Positions 1 through 10,739 of a stretch of 64,000 bases of DNA are shown in pieces. A program made the position numbers and the translations under genes. Source of the stretch: Hypanus sabinus (lineage: Eukaryota). The stretch lies in contig NC_082709.1 in assembly GCF_030144855.1 (NCBI RefSeq), positions 152,768,001 to 152,832,000 on the forward strand, read 5' to 3'. Below the pieces are notes generated by a model, which was not told the origin of the DNA, did no database searches, and saw only the letters and a program-made list of their open reading frames with translations. Position 1 is the stretch's first letter; every line of letters starts with the position of its first letter.

Positions 1-453
1 ACATCTTAAATTATACAGTACACCTATCATTTAGTATGATATTTGACCCCCAGATGCATGCTCCAAATCAATCAAGATTTTCACCTGACTAAATGTGTTA
101 CAAACAGTTTCTCACAGCCACTACAATGCAATGAAGAAAATCAAAATCGAGAAAGGGTAGTCAGATAGGAGGTGGTGAAGGAGGGTAAAAAGAGATCACA
201 GATGCTAATTTGTGACTTTTAATTTGGGAACGAACTATCAATCTCTTGTCTATGTGTGACTGCAGTCCCAGAGCTACATGGCTAACTCTTAACCATCCTC
301 TGAAATGGTCTAAGCCATCAGTTGTATCATGTTAAAATAGACAGACTGGCAATAAATTTAGAGGTAGCAAAGTTGAACCCTCGTTCATAAACAAACCATA
401 ATCTATTTTTTTCATTTAATTTCTTTTTCTTCTTCTTCATACATTCATTGTAA

Positions 454-822
454 CTATAAGACACAGGAGCAGAATTAGGCCATTCAACCCATCGAGTCTC
501 TGCCACTCCATCATGGCTGACCCCGGATCCAACTCAACCCCTTACACCTGCATTCTCATTATATCCTCTGATGCCCTGATCAATCAGGAAACAATCAACT
601 TCTGCCTTAAATATACCCATGGACTTGGCCTCCACTGCTGTCTGTGGCAGAGCATTTCACAGATTCACTCTTCCCTGGCTAAAAAATTCCTCCTTAGCTC
701 TGTTCTAAAATGTCATCCCTCAATTTTGGGGCTGTGCCCTCTAGCTCTGGATATCCCCACCATAGGAAGCATCCTCTCCACGTCTACCATATCTAATCCT
801 TTTAACATTTGGTAGGTTTCAA
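454..822 (-). mobile_element. CR1 LINE 3' end fragment
   Basis: Translates to LIETYQMLKGLDMVDVERMLPMVGISRARGH, typical of the CR1 ORF2 C-terminus, followed by the CR1 3' UTR. Confidence 0.8.
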
Positions 823-1183
823 TTAAATAAGTGAAAGCAGAAATATTGCTTTGAATTCCCTCCTCCATCACACTAAACTGGATCTGTGTATTGATCATGA
901 AGGGCATTGGTTTTGTTGTACCAACATAAAGAATGTAAAAGCAGAACGGAAACATAATTGTTTTCTTTCTAACACTCTCTCTTAAATGGGAAATTAACAG
1001 AATCTTAAAGATAGATTTCAGCAAAGAGACCAGAACAGAAACAGTGAAAGACCGAACAAAAGTATTCATCATATACTGCAACATCGAAGAGTGCCGACAG
1101 GCTTACTTCCAAAGTAGCTTGTAGCTCTGTTTTTTGAGTTAATGGAAACATTATTACATTTGCTCACATGAATTATACATTAC

Positions 1184-2024
1184 CTGCTGCTGTCAAAGAT
1201 TCACTGAGTTTGCTCCCATCTAACAAGCTTTGACTGAGGCCAGGGGGAGGTGTCAGTACTGACAAGGAACAGTTAGAAAGAGAAAGCTGTCTTTCTTGCA
1301 ACAACTTCTGGTTGTTGGGACTAAGCATGTTGCGTCCTCTTGAAGTTTTAAAATTTTTCTCCAACTTGGGCATGATTCTAACCGGTCTTTTAACCACAAG
1401 GCTTGCTTTCCGAAACTTCCGTTGGGCTTCACTAAAGGCTGATGAAGGCCCAGGAGAAATCATTACTTTCTTTGCAGTGGGGCAGGTTGAAGTATCTGAA
1501 TCAACACTGCTGATAGATGAAGGTCGTTCCCTCTTTTGTCTGTTGATCAGCAATGATGTCCTTCCAACAGTCTTTGTAACACTGCCCACTGATCCATGAT
1601 CCTCTATAGAACTTGTGTGCATTTCCTTATGAACACAATGTGAAGCATTATTGATCAAATCACAGGGAGCTTGTGCTATTTCCAATAAAGCTTTAGTCTG
1701 TACATCAGATACCCTGTTTTGCAATGACTTCTGCCCAACGCTGTTACTACTACATCCTCTTGCTTCAGAACCTAATTTTAAGTACTTCTTGTCTTCTGTA
1801 AAAAGATCACACTGATTTACTTCTTTGGTCATGTTTCCATTAAAATTGGAAGCAGTCTTAAAATTGTTCGGGTAAATGATTTTTAAAGCATCTTCCTTTG
1901 GAAATCCAGGACTCCAGTCTTTCTCAAGGTCCAATGCTGCCTGTACAAGTTCATCATCAAGTGATAATGATGAATTTGGTGCAAAACCACAACTTGTAAT
2001 GATCGGCTCAACCTTAGAAGGCAC
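1184..2024 (-). CDS. POLQ: POLQ coding exon 3 (841 nt)
   Basis: Stop-free 280 codons between acceptor ctctcatttag| and donor gcag|gtaatg; contains the SVLTPPPGL motif. Confidence 0.85.
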
Positions 2025-5000
2025 CTAAATGAGAGCAGAAGGCATTGTTTTATTTTTCATTTAGTGACCAAAACTGACAGAGCTCAGGGATCTAGTTTAA
2101 GGTCTGGACCATAAAATATTTCCATGAAATTTACAAGGACTAGAAATACACAGTATTTCTACATGGACATGAGCAAAGGTAACCATGGTTTAATGTTAAG
2201 CATAACCCTTTGAAGTTTGTGATGATCTACAGGCCTTTTCAGTATTTTCTATTATTTTCCAATTTTCAGAATTCAAAATTTTAATGGAAAATTCTATTTT
2301 TATTTATATTCTCTGAAATTCAGGTGTTTGATATGAGAATAATTCTATTATCAAGTATTGTTTGCACTATTTACTTATGATTTAGGTACATGAGGAGTTG
2401 TGCAAACATGAGTGACCTGTTCCTTCTTATGAGACATTAAACCTCAAATACTTAAATAATTCAAATGGAAGGTTTTAATGGAAGAACTGTATTAAGACCA
2501 ACACCATCCAAGGTTTTTTTTAAAGCCACTGTATTTAAATTTCCTTTCATTTCTCTGCAATGCAACAACTACTACCAGATAACGAACATTACAATGCTGA
2601 TCAATTTATGTGACAGTTTAAGGCTACAATCTACAAACCAACGTTTGTTCAACAATCCACAAGTAAGAATTTTTTTCATGTTTCATCTGTATCTACAATC
2701 ATGTAACCACTCTTCAGAAGATCTTGCAGCAAAACCTACCTTGATGCAGGTTCCATGAGCTTGATTTTCCTTGCCGTTTGAAGCTTCCGTGTGAGCTTGC
2801 TGCTGAAAGCGATCTGAACGTTGAAGGGTTGGGGAATGTGAAACAATTACACTGTTTGTATGAAAACAAAAGTCACACAAAGATTTCCAATTAATTCTTG
2901 CACCAGCAACAAGGACTTAAGAAAGATGCATACATCATCAGAGCAAAATATAGAATTCCAATATATACTACCTGTTCATCATGCTCAGAACGTTTCCTTC
3001 AGTTCCAAAACACATTTGAGAGGCTGTAGCAAATTCTATTAGTCTAAAAGAAATCCAGCCAGAAGAACTGCACCAGTGGTAGATTTTAAGTGAGCAGTAC
3101 ATCATCAGCAGATTCAAAACCTTATTTTGCTTTTCCTAAACCTTTAGTTGTCAATTCTCTGCTCTCCTTTAAAAACTTGCACGCCATTTTATCAAATCAT
3201 AAATACAAGAGATTCCACAGATGCAGTAAATCTAGTTTATTATTATTCATTTTTTGAAAATCACATTCATAACATGTGGACGTGCATGAGTGACACGAAA
3301 ACCATTATTATTCATTCCCAATTACTCCCGAACTGCGGACACATGTTAAAAGTCATCAGGTGATGACAGATTTCCTTCACTTTAGTGAAACAAATGGGTT
3401 TTAGAGACAGTAGTTTCATGGTCACTGTTATTGAGGTCATCTCTTGTTGAACAATTATCTCACTGTCACTGAGATCATAATTTTTTGAACAAATATCCAG
3501 ATTTACTTACTTGAAATTGGATGCCATGGTGGCATTTGAACTCTGAATAGTCCAGAACTCTGGAAGCTGGTCCAGTTACTTAACTATTATGCTATCATAG
3601 CACAGGAACAGGCCCTCTAGCCAACCACGTTGCCAATCTAACTAATCCCAACTGCCTGTAAGTGGTCCTCAACCTTCTATTCCCTGTCTATTCACGTGTC
3701 TATTGATATTGGACTTGATTCTACCACTGCCACAGAAAGTATGTTCCAGGCACCTATTTCAGAAGACCAATATAATGAGAGGATCTATCCTGTGGGGCCT
3801 ATACTGATGCAATCACATGAAGGAATGCGATCAGCTGAACTTCTTTAGGAGTTTGAGAAGATTTGATAGGTCACAGGTGTACTGTGGAGAGCAATCTGAC
3901 TCATTGCACATTGTAAGTGCTAATACACAGGAATGGAAGAGGCTTCAGAGTGATATAGACTCACCCAGCTCCATCATTAGCACAAGCCTCCCCACCATTG
4001 AAGACATCCTCCAGAGGCAGTGCCTCAAGAAAGCAGCATCCATCATTAAGGACCCTTGCCACCTGGCATGTGCTCTTCAAATTATTATCATCAGGGAGAA
4101 GGTACAGGAGCCTGAAGACCCACCTCAACATTTCAGAAAAAGTTTCTTCCTCTTCCCCATCAGATTTCTGAATGATCCACGAACACTGCATCACTATTTC
4201 TTTTTTTTTTGCACTATTTATTTTGTACTAACTTATAGTAATTTGTTATGCCTGCTCTGCATTGCTGTCATAAGACAAAGTGACATGATCTACGGCAGTA
4301 GTAACAAACTTGATTCTGATGTAAAAAGATTGCCTTGCATATCTCATTTAAACCACCCTCTCACCATAAGCCCAAGCCTTCTAGTATTTGATAGTTCCAC
4401 CAGAAAGACTCAAACTATCTCCCTATCTATGCCTTCTAATATTATTCACTTATCAGATCACCCTTCAGCCTTTCATACTCCACAAAAAACAATTCAAGGA
4501 TGCCCCATCTCTCCTATAGCTAATATTCTCCAATCTATGCAGCACCCTAATGAATCTCTTCTGCACCATCTCTCAATACTCCACATCCAACCTACAGAAT
4601 GGTGACTAGAACTGCACACGATCATTCAAAAATGATCCATTCAAAATTTATGCAGCTACAACACTTCTTTTAAATCTATTCCCTTTCACACTAACTGTAC
4701 GTCCTCTAGTTTTTAAATCAGTTGGCTATGTGGTTTGAGTAATATCAGATGGTGTTTAATTCAAACAAGTCTAAGGTGATTTACTTTGGGAAGGTAAGTG
4801 CAAGAGAAAAGGTGTACAGTAAATGGTTGCATCCTTTGGAGAACTGATGTACAGCAGAGATCTTGGCTTGCAAGTGCATTGCTCTTTGAAAGTGACAACA
4901 GGTGTGAATAGGGTGATAATGAGTCAATGTCCTGATTAATGAAGGCAGGCATGACATACAGCTTTGTTACCACCCTGTTCAGAGGAAGTGGCTGAGACAT

Positions 5001-7088
5001 TTAGTTTTTAGGATGTTCGTTGTCAACCGGGTCATACAGTCCATGAACTCCCTGTCGGTTGCCTCCGTACGTTTCAGTATTTGGTTTTTTTTTTAACTTT
5101 TAAATCTTCCTGCGCGAGAACCAATAGCTGCCCATTGTTTAAATTTTTCTAGTCTATAACTGAACAAACACGCCGACCGTCCTTCACAGTGAGATTCAAC
5201 ACCAAACATATCACTTGTTTCTGGTAGATGTATCCTGCGCATGTGCAGTAGGGGGAGATTCGACAAAATCTCCATTTCAATGTGGACAGAGATATTTTTA
5301 AAAATGCATAGTGTGGACACCTATCGTTTTAACGTGAAATCAGTGTTTTCAAAATTAATCGGTGTAGTGTGGATGTAGCCTTAGACAGGTACATTGATAG
5401 GAAAGGTTAAGAAGGATTTGGACTGACAGGCTAGCTTGGATGGGAACGTTCATCAGCAAGGATCGGTTCAGATGAAAGGCCTGATTCCATGCTCAATGGC
5501 TCTCATCTACAGAACATCTGACTAAATCCTTTGACAACTATCCTCACTATCCACAACTACTCCAATTTTCATGTCATCTCCAAACTTACTAATCAGACCA
5601 GCTAAATTTTCATATATGTAAAAATCCCAATACTGATCATTGCAGAATAATGGTGACAGATCTCCAGTCAGAAAATATCCCTCTATTATTACAAACACAA
5701 GAAAATCTGCAGATGCTGGAAATCCAAACAATGCAGATAAAATACTGGAGGAGCTCAGCAGATCAGGCAGCATCTATGGAAAAGAGTAGATAGTCAACAT
5801 TTCAGGCTAAGGCCCTGATGAAGGGTCTTGGCCCGAAACATCCACTGTTAACTGTTTTCCATAGATGCTGCCTGGCCTGCTGAGTTCCTCCAGCATTTTG
5901 TATGTATCCCACTATTACTACCCTCTGTCTCCTATGATCAAGCCAGTTTTGTAACTAGCTCACCATGGATCCCATATGATTTAATCTTCTGGACCAACCA
6001 ATTATAAGGAATCTTTTCAAATGCATTAGTAAAGTAGAAAACACCCACTGCATTACCCTCAATCACCTTCATCACTCAGGTCCTTCCTTAAATTTGTGAG
6101 GCAGGACCTCCCCCACACAACACTACACAGACTATTGCAAATAGTCCCATGCTTTTCCAAATGTGAGCAAACCCCACCTGTAAGAATCTTCTCCAACAGT
6201 TTCTCTATCGCTGATGTAAGGCTCACTGGCATATAATTTCCTGCTTTTTCCATTACCCTCCTTATACAAAGGAATAATATTGGCTATTCTCCAGTCTTCT
6301 ACACCTTGTCTGTGGCTAAAGCGAATATAAAGATCTCACTCCAGGCTACATAAAACACATCCCTTCTCTCCCTCAGTTTGCTGGGATAGATTCTATCAAG
6401 CCCCGAGGACATCCAACTCAATGTTCGCCAAGACACCCAACACAAATTACTTCTTAATATTGAAATGCCCCGCCTAAACTCGTCATCATCCAAGTCCTTC
6501 TTCTTGGTGAATATCAATGTAGTCATTCAGAACCTCATTCAATCCTTGTCTCCATGCATAAAATCCTTGAGTGAACCTACCCCTTTTCCTAGTTAACTTC
6601 CTGCTCCTAATATACATATAAAGTACCTGAGATCGTCATTAGTCCTACTCACCAAGGAAATGGTGTTTAGCCCGCTAATTCTTTAAGTTCTCCTCCTACT
6701 TATTTGAAAATCCGCATGCTTCTTCTCCATTTCAGCTTCCTAAATATTATGTTTCCTTTTCGACTATATTTACAGAATCTCCTGTCATCAGGGTTCAAGA
6801 ACTGTACCATCCTTCTTTCATTCGTGTGTCATGAATGTTTCAAATATGTCTTAACAACGCATTTAACCCTAAAGGACTCTAGAATGGCCTGCAAGCCAAG
6901 CAACTTATGACATGATAATGAAAATACCGGGCCTTACCATGTACTTTTACATTCCAATAAAACTACATGTCTCCTTACCACCGCTTTCTAACAGAAACTC
7001 GACGTTGTCCCATATATCTTGGTTGGAGCTTTATGGTTGTGGTGACTTTTTCATTCCTCATTTTTGCAGATTTCATTCTCAAACTCAT
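1184..7088 (-). CDS. POLQ: DNA polymerase theta, 5' part (exons 7088-6979, 2851-2740, 2024-1184; gene continues off the left edge)
   Basis: Exon 2024-1184 ends LSVLTPPPGLSQSLLDGSKLSESLTAA-G|gtaatg (phase 1). This matches human POLQ exon 1 end SVLSPPPGLGRCLKAAAA-G|. Phases chain: gccATG at 7088 ... CGG TG|gtaagg (phase 2); acag|T...ATC AAG|gtaggt (phase 0); tttag|GTG. FBXO40 is a POLQ neighbour in human. Confidence 0.8.
2740..2851 (-). CDS. POLQ: POLQ putative coding exon 2 (112 nt)
   Basis: Acceptor ttttgttttcatacaaacag|, donor AAG|gtaggt; phases fit both neighbours; encodes VIVSHSPTLQRSDRFQQQAHTEASNGKENQAHGTCIK. Confidence 0.65.
3810..4320 (+). mobile_element. Rex1/Babar LINE 3' fragment
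   Basis: LPTIEDILQRQCLKKAASIIKDP...FRKSFFLFPIRFLN and gattctga tail. Confidence 0.75.
4995..5380. mobile_element. PIF/Harbinger-like MITE remnant (one terminus)
   Basis: Ends GTAGTGTGGATGTAGCC followed by TTA; subterminal repeat tagtgtggac; interrupts a CR1 fragment; the left TIR is not visible. Confidence 0.45.
5520..6540 (-). mobile_element. CR1 LINE RT fragment, interrupted by the element at 5693-5904
   Basis: AGNYMPVSLTSAIEKLLEKIL, GRSCLTNL and ISKFGDDMKIG motifs. Confidence 0.8.
5693..5904. mobile_element. Penelope-derived fold-back insertion with hammerhead core
   Basis: Inverted arms; 17-bp TSD with 2 mismatches (5676-5692, 5905-5921); CTGATGA 5815-5821 and GAAAC 5835-5839. Confidence 0.75.
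6979..7088 (-). CDS. POLQ: POLQ putative first coding exon
   Basis: gccATG then MSLRMKSAKMRNEKVTTTIKLQPRYMGQRRVSVRKR + TG|gtaagg; lies just downstream of the CpG-rich region at 7450-7700. Confidence 0.6.
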
Positions 7089-7449
7089 GGCATGGTCATC
7101 ACAGCATTTTTGAAGCCGCTTCTCCGGAACATTTTTCAAATGTTACTCTCCGTTTCCAAATTATTAATTCCGTACACTGTATAGATACTTTCACAGTTTG
7201 TCCGTCCCATATTCATCGATTTATTAATCAGAACGTCATAAGTTAATTATAATGAATCACGTGCCATGTTCTCTGTGGTTAAACAATTAATTATTTTTGC
7301 ACAGCTTTCATTGTTTCTTAATATCTTACATATTGTAATACTCATTCGGATAATAAAAGTTAATAATCGATAGCTTCATCGACGATCGTTCAGTTTCAAA
7401 AGTTCCAAGCGCCGATCTCTTATATTTTTAAGTTAATGCTAACTATCTT

Positions 7450-7700
7450 CAGACGTGTGTCACTGAGAACACTTGAGTTAAACGGAGGCCTGAAATTATC
7501 GTGTCGAACCGTCCGAGAGAGCAGCAGACCCGCCAGTAACTCCACAAAAAGCCAGATCTGCTGTGCCTATCGCTCTCGATTAATTTCAAACAGACCGCCA
7601 CCATCACCGGAACCAGTTCCGCCGCTGAACCCGTCCCCAGCGCCTTCTGGCGGCCGGGCCTTCGCCAACGGCGTCCCGGAGTCCAACACGTCCGAATTAA
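7450..7700 (-). promoter_or_regulatory. CpG-rich POLQ promoter with CDE/CHR element (7599-7585)
   Basis: Local CpG enrichment; minus strand reads GGCGG-tctg-TTTGAA, the canonical CDE + 4 nt + CHR spacing. Confidence 0.7.
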
Positions 7701-8172
7701 TCCTATTAACTTGCATATATACCTCAAACCCTTTCTGGTTCATGTATCTGTCTAAATATCTTTGTAATTTTACCCGACTCTACCACTTCCTCTGGCATCT
7801 AGTTCCATCTATCCACTACCGTCTAGGAGGAGTTGTCTCTCAGACTCCCTATAAATCTTATCCTCAGTTTAAATCTATGCTTTCTATTTTTCGACTCCTT
7901 TACTTTGTATTTACCTTATCTATGCCCCCTCATGATTTTACAAACGTCTATAATGTCACCACTTGGCCTTCTTCTAACCGAATCTGTGCCACTGGTACTT
8001 TCACTACCTGTAGAAAACAGTGCATTGTAACTGTCATTACCATAAAAGGTCTTGCATTATTATTTACAATTATTTCCACAGCCAAGAAAGTTTAATGACG
8101 GTAAGTATACACACTGCCTCTAAACCAACGTGATACCACCTTTAGGGTGGAGGAGCAACATCATATATTCCA

Positions 8173-8385
8173 AAATGCTGGTGGAACATAGCAGGCCAGG
8201 CAGCATCTATAGGGAGAAGCGCTGTCGACGTTTTGCGTCCAGACCCTTCGTCCTGACAAAGGGTCTCGGCCCAAAACGTCGACAGCGCTTCTCCCTATAG
8301 ATGCTGCCTGGCCTGCTGTGTTCCACCAGCATTTTGTACGTGTTGTTGTTTGAATTTCCAGCATCTGCAGATTTCCTCGTGTTTG
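8173..8385. mobile_element. Young Penelope-derived fold-back insertion nested in an older Penelope fragment (~8110-8640)
   Basis: Perfect 13-bp TSD ATCATATATTCCA (8160-8172, 8386-8398); ~82-bp inverted arms with 5 mismatches. Confidence 0.85.
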
Positions 8386-8644
8386 ATCATATATTCCATC
8401 TGGATAGCCTCCAACCTGATGGCATGAACATTGATTTCTCCTTCCAGTTCCCTTCCCTCCCCTCTTCTATTGCCCAGCCTGGCTTCTTACCTCTTCTCAC
8501 CTGCCTATCTCTGGTGCCTCGCCTTCCCTTTCTCCTATGGTCCACTTATAGATTCCTTCCAGCTCCAGCCCTTTTAGCTTCCCCAGCTACCCAGCTTCAC
8601 CTATCACTTTCTAGTTATCTTTCTTCCCCTCCCCCCACCTATGT

Positions 8645-9130
8645 TAACTGACAATGAGCTGGTGTGCACACTGCTGGACTTCTCAACCTGGGATATTTTC
8701 TGAACTGGCTGCTTCTGGGTGTTGACCGTCTGCGGAGTCCTCATATCTGCTGCTGTTACAGACAATGGCTGCTCACCTGAGAGGGGACTAGTTTTTATGG
8801 CTGGCATTATGTTGCATGCCTCAAAGCATGTGCAGAAGATCTTTGGAGCATCAGGGAGGGATGCTGTTTTCTCCTGCATAGGCAGTAATGCCTTTGATGC
8901 CTAGCCACATATTCCAGAGATAACTATTGGACAAGTGTTTCTGAATTTTTATGCATAGGTGGTCTTTGCTCTCTTGATACCTAAGATGGGGCTTCTCCTG
9001 TCTGCTCTGAGAGCTGTTCTGCCTCCAGACTTGAAGGCAGTGTATCGGGCTTTTAGTAGGGAATGCTCTTCTGTGTTCAGATGGGTACATTCCATCCCAT
9101 TAACAGGACAAATCACTTTGGGACAATACA
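8645..9130 (-). mobile_element. Rex1/Babar LINE internal fragment
   Basis: LLKARYTAFKSG...GIKRAKTTYA and SLPDA...EQPLSVTAADMR, the Rex1 region just before the RT. Confidence 0.7.
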
Positions 9131-9329
9131 GTAGCATACAGGTCTCCATCTACTTCAATTTTTTTTTTAAATTGTCTGAAAGCAACTCTAAAAATAGCGA
9201 GGTCGATGATGCTGAACTTCAATATCTATCACCAGAAATGACACATTTCCAATGCTACAGACTGTTTTGGCTACAATGCTGATTCTGAAGGTAAGAAAAC
9301 CAAAGCAGTGTTTCTCCAAAAATGCCATA

Positions 9330-10400
9330 AAGAAGGTATGGTAATAATGTCAATAGGCATCATGGGATTAATTGACAGTGGGTAATGTCGTACATTGCAA
9401 ATGAAAGGTAGTTGTGGTTGTCCACAAAACAAAAGAGCTGGTTATTGAATTCAGGAAGCAGTACGGAGTGCATACACAAAATGTTGGAGGAATTCAGCAC
9501 ATTAGGCAGCAGCCAATGAGGGAAATAAACAGTCAGCATTCTGGGCTGAGTCCTTCATTGGGACTGGAAAGGAGCAGAGATCACAAAGGGGGTACAGTAA
9601 GTGAGGATCTCACTGAACTCCCTTCGAAGAAAGGATTTAAACTAATTCAGGGAAACCAAACCTCAAAGAGACTTCACACGGGAGCCACAAATCAGAGACC
9701 CAAACCATCTAGAATCTCTTATGACTACGTACGGAGTATGCATCAAGTAGTGCTAAGGTGGAGATGGTTTATAGCTTCAAGCTCCTAGATGTAAATACCC
9801 CTCATAGCTGTTCCTGTTCCAATTACATAGATGCTGTCCAAGAAAACATACCAGTACCTGTACTTCCTCAGAAGGCTAAGGAAACTCAGTATGATTCCAA
9901 TGACCATCACTAATTTTTACAAATGCACCACAGAGAATATTCTATCCAAATGCATCACAGCTCAGTTTGGCAACTGTTCTGCCCAAACTGCAAGAAATTT
10001 GCAATATGAATATCATGGAATCCAGCCTTCCCTCCATTTATTCTATCTGCTTGGCCCACTGTCTTGAGAAAGTAGTCAACAAAATCAAAGACAACTGCAA
10101 TCACATTGATTCTATATTCACCCTTCTTACATTAGGCAGCAGTTATAAAAGCTTGAAAACACACACCAGCAGGCCAAGGACAGCTTCTGTCCACTGTCAT
10201 AACATTTGCAGAGACCTCTTGTATGATAAAACTCCCGATCTCTTAACCCAACTCATCATTGCCCTTCCACCTTATTGTCAGTCTGCACTGCACCTTCTCT
10301 GTAAATGTAACACTATATTTTGAATTCTATTTCTGCTTTTCCCTTTGTACCACCTCAGTGGCTGAAATTATCTGATCTGGATGGCAATCAAAACACAATT
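9330..10400 (+). mobile_element. Rex1/Babar LINE 3' fragment with nested Penelope-type repeat (~9470-9570)
   Basis: KTKELVIEFRK, LYFLRRLRK, ENILSKCIT, SLKTHTSR. Confidence 0.7.
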
Positions 10401-10739
10401 TTTCATAGTATCGTGATACAATTATCAATTGTTAAGAGATCAAACTTCGCAGTCCTTGGATCCTGTCACAGGAACTTCTCAAGGCAAGATCCTAAGCTCG
10501 ACCATTTTCAGATGCATCATCAATTACTTTCCTTGCCTTCTGAGACCACTCACCAAAGCTGTGGTGTGCAACTCCTGAGAAAATGAAGCAGCTCACAAAG
10601 GAAAAAAGGCCCAAATCTACATCAGGAGCCAAGTGATGTGGGATAAATTCTAAATGAATATTTCTGATCTCTATTCATGAAGGAAAAGGATATAAAAGAA
10701 GGCGAATGCTGGGTTGGGTATGTGGATAATTTGGAGCAG

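Noticed and set aside
3817-4605. 262-aa ORF
   Set aside because: Chance fusion of a Rex1 3' end with antisense CR1 sequence.
7436-8095. 219-aa plus-strand ORF over the POLQ promoter
   Set aside because: Spans the GC-rich promoter and a reversed CR1 tail; no recognisable domain.
8171-8336. Long hairpin as a microRNA precursor
   Set aside because: Explained by a TSD-flanked transposon fold-back; no evidence of miRNA processing.
8641-9282. Plus-strand hydrophobic ORF chain resembling a membrane-protein pseudogene
   Set aside because: It is the antisense of a Rex1 LINE fragment.
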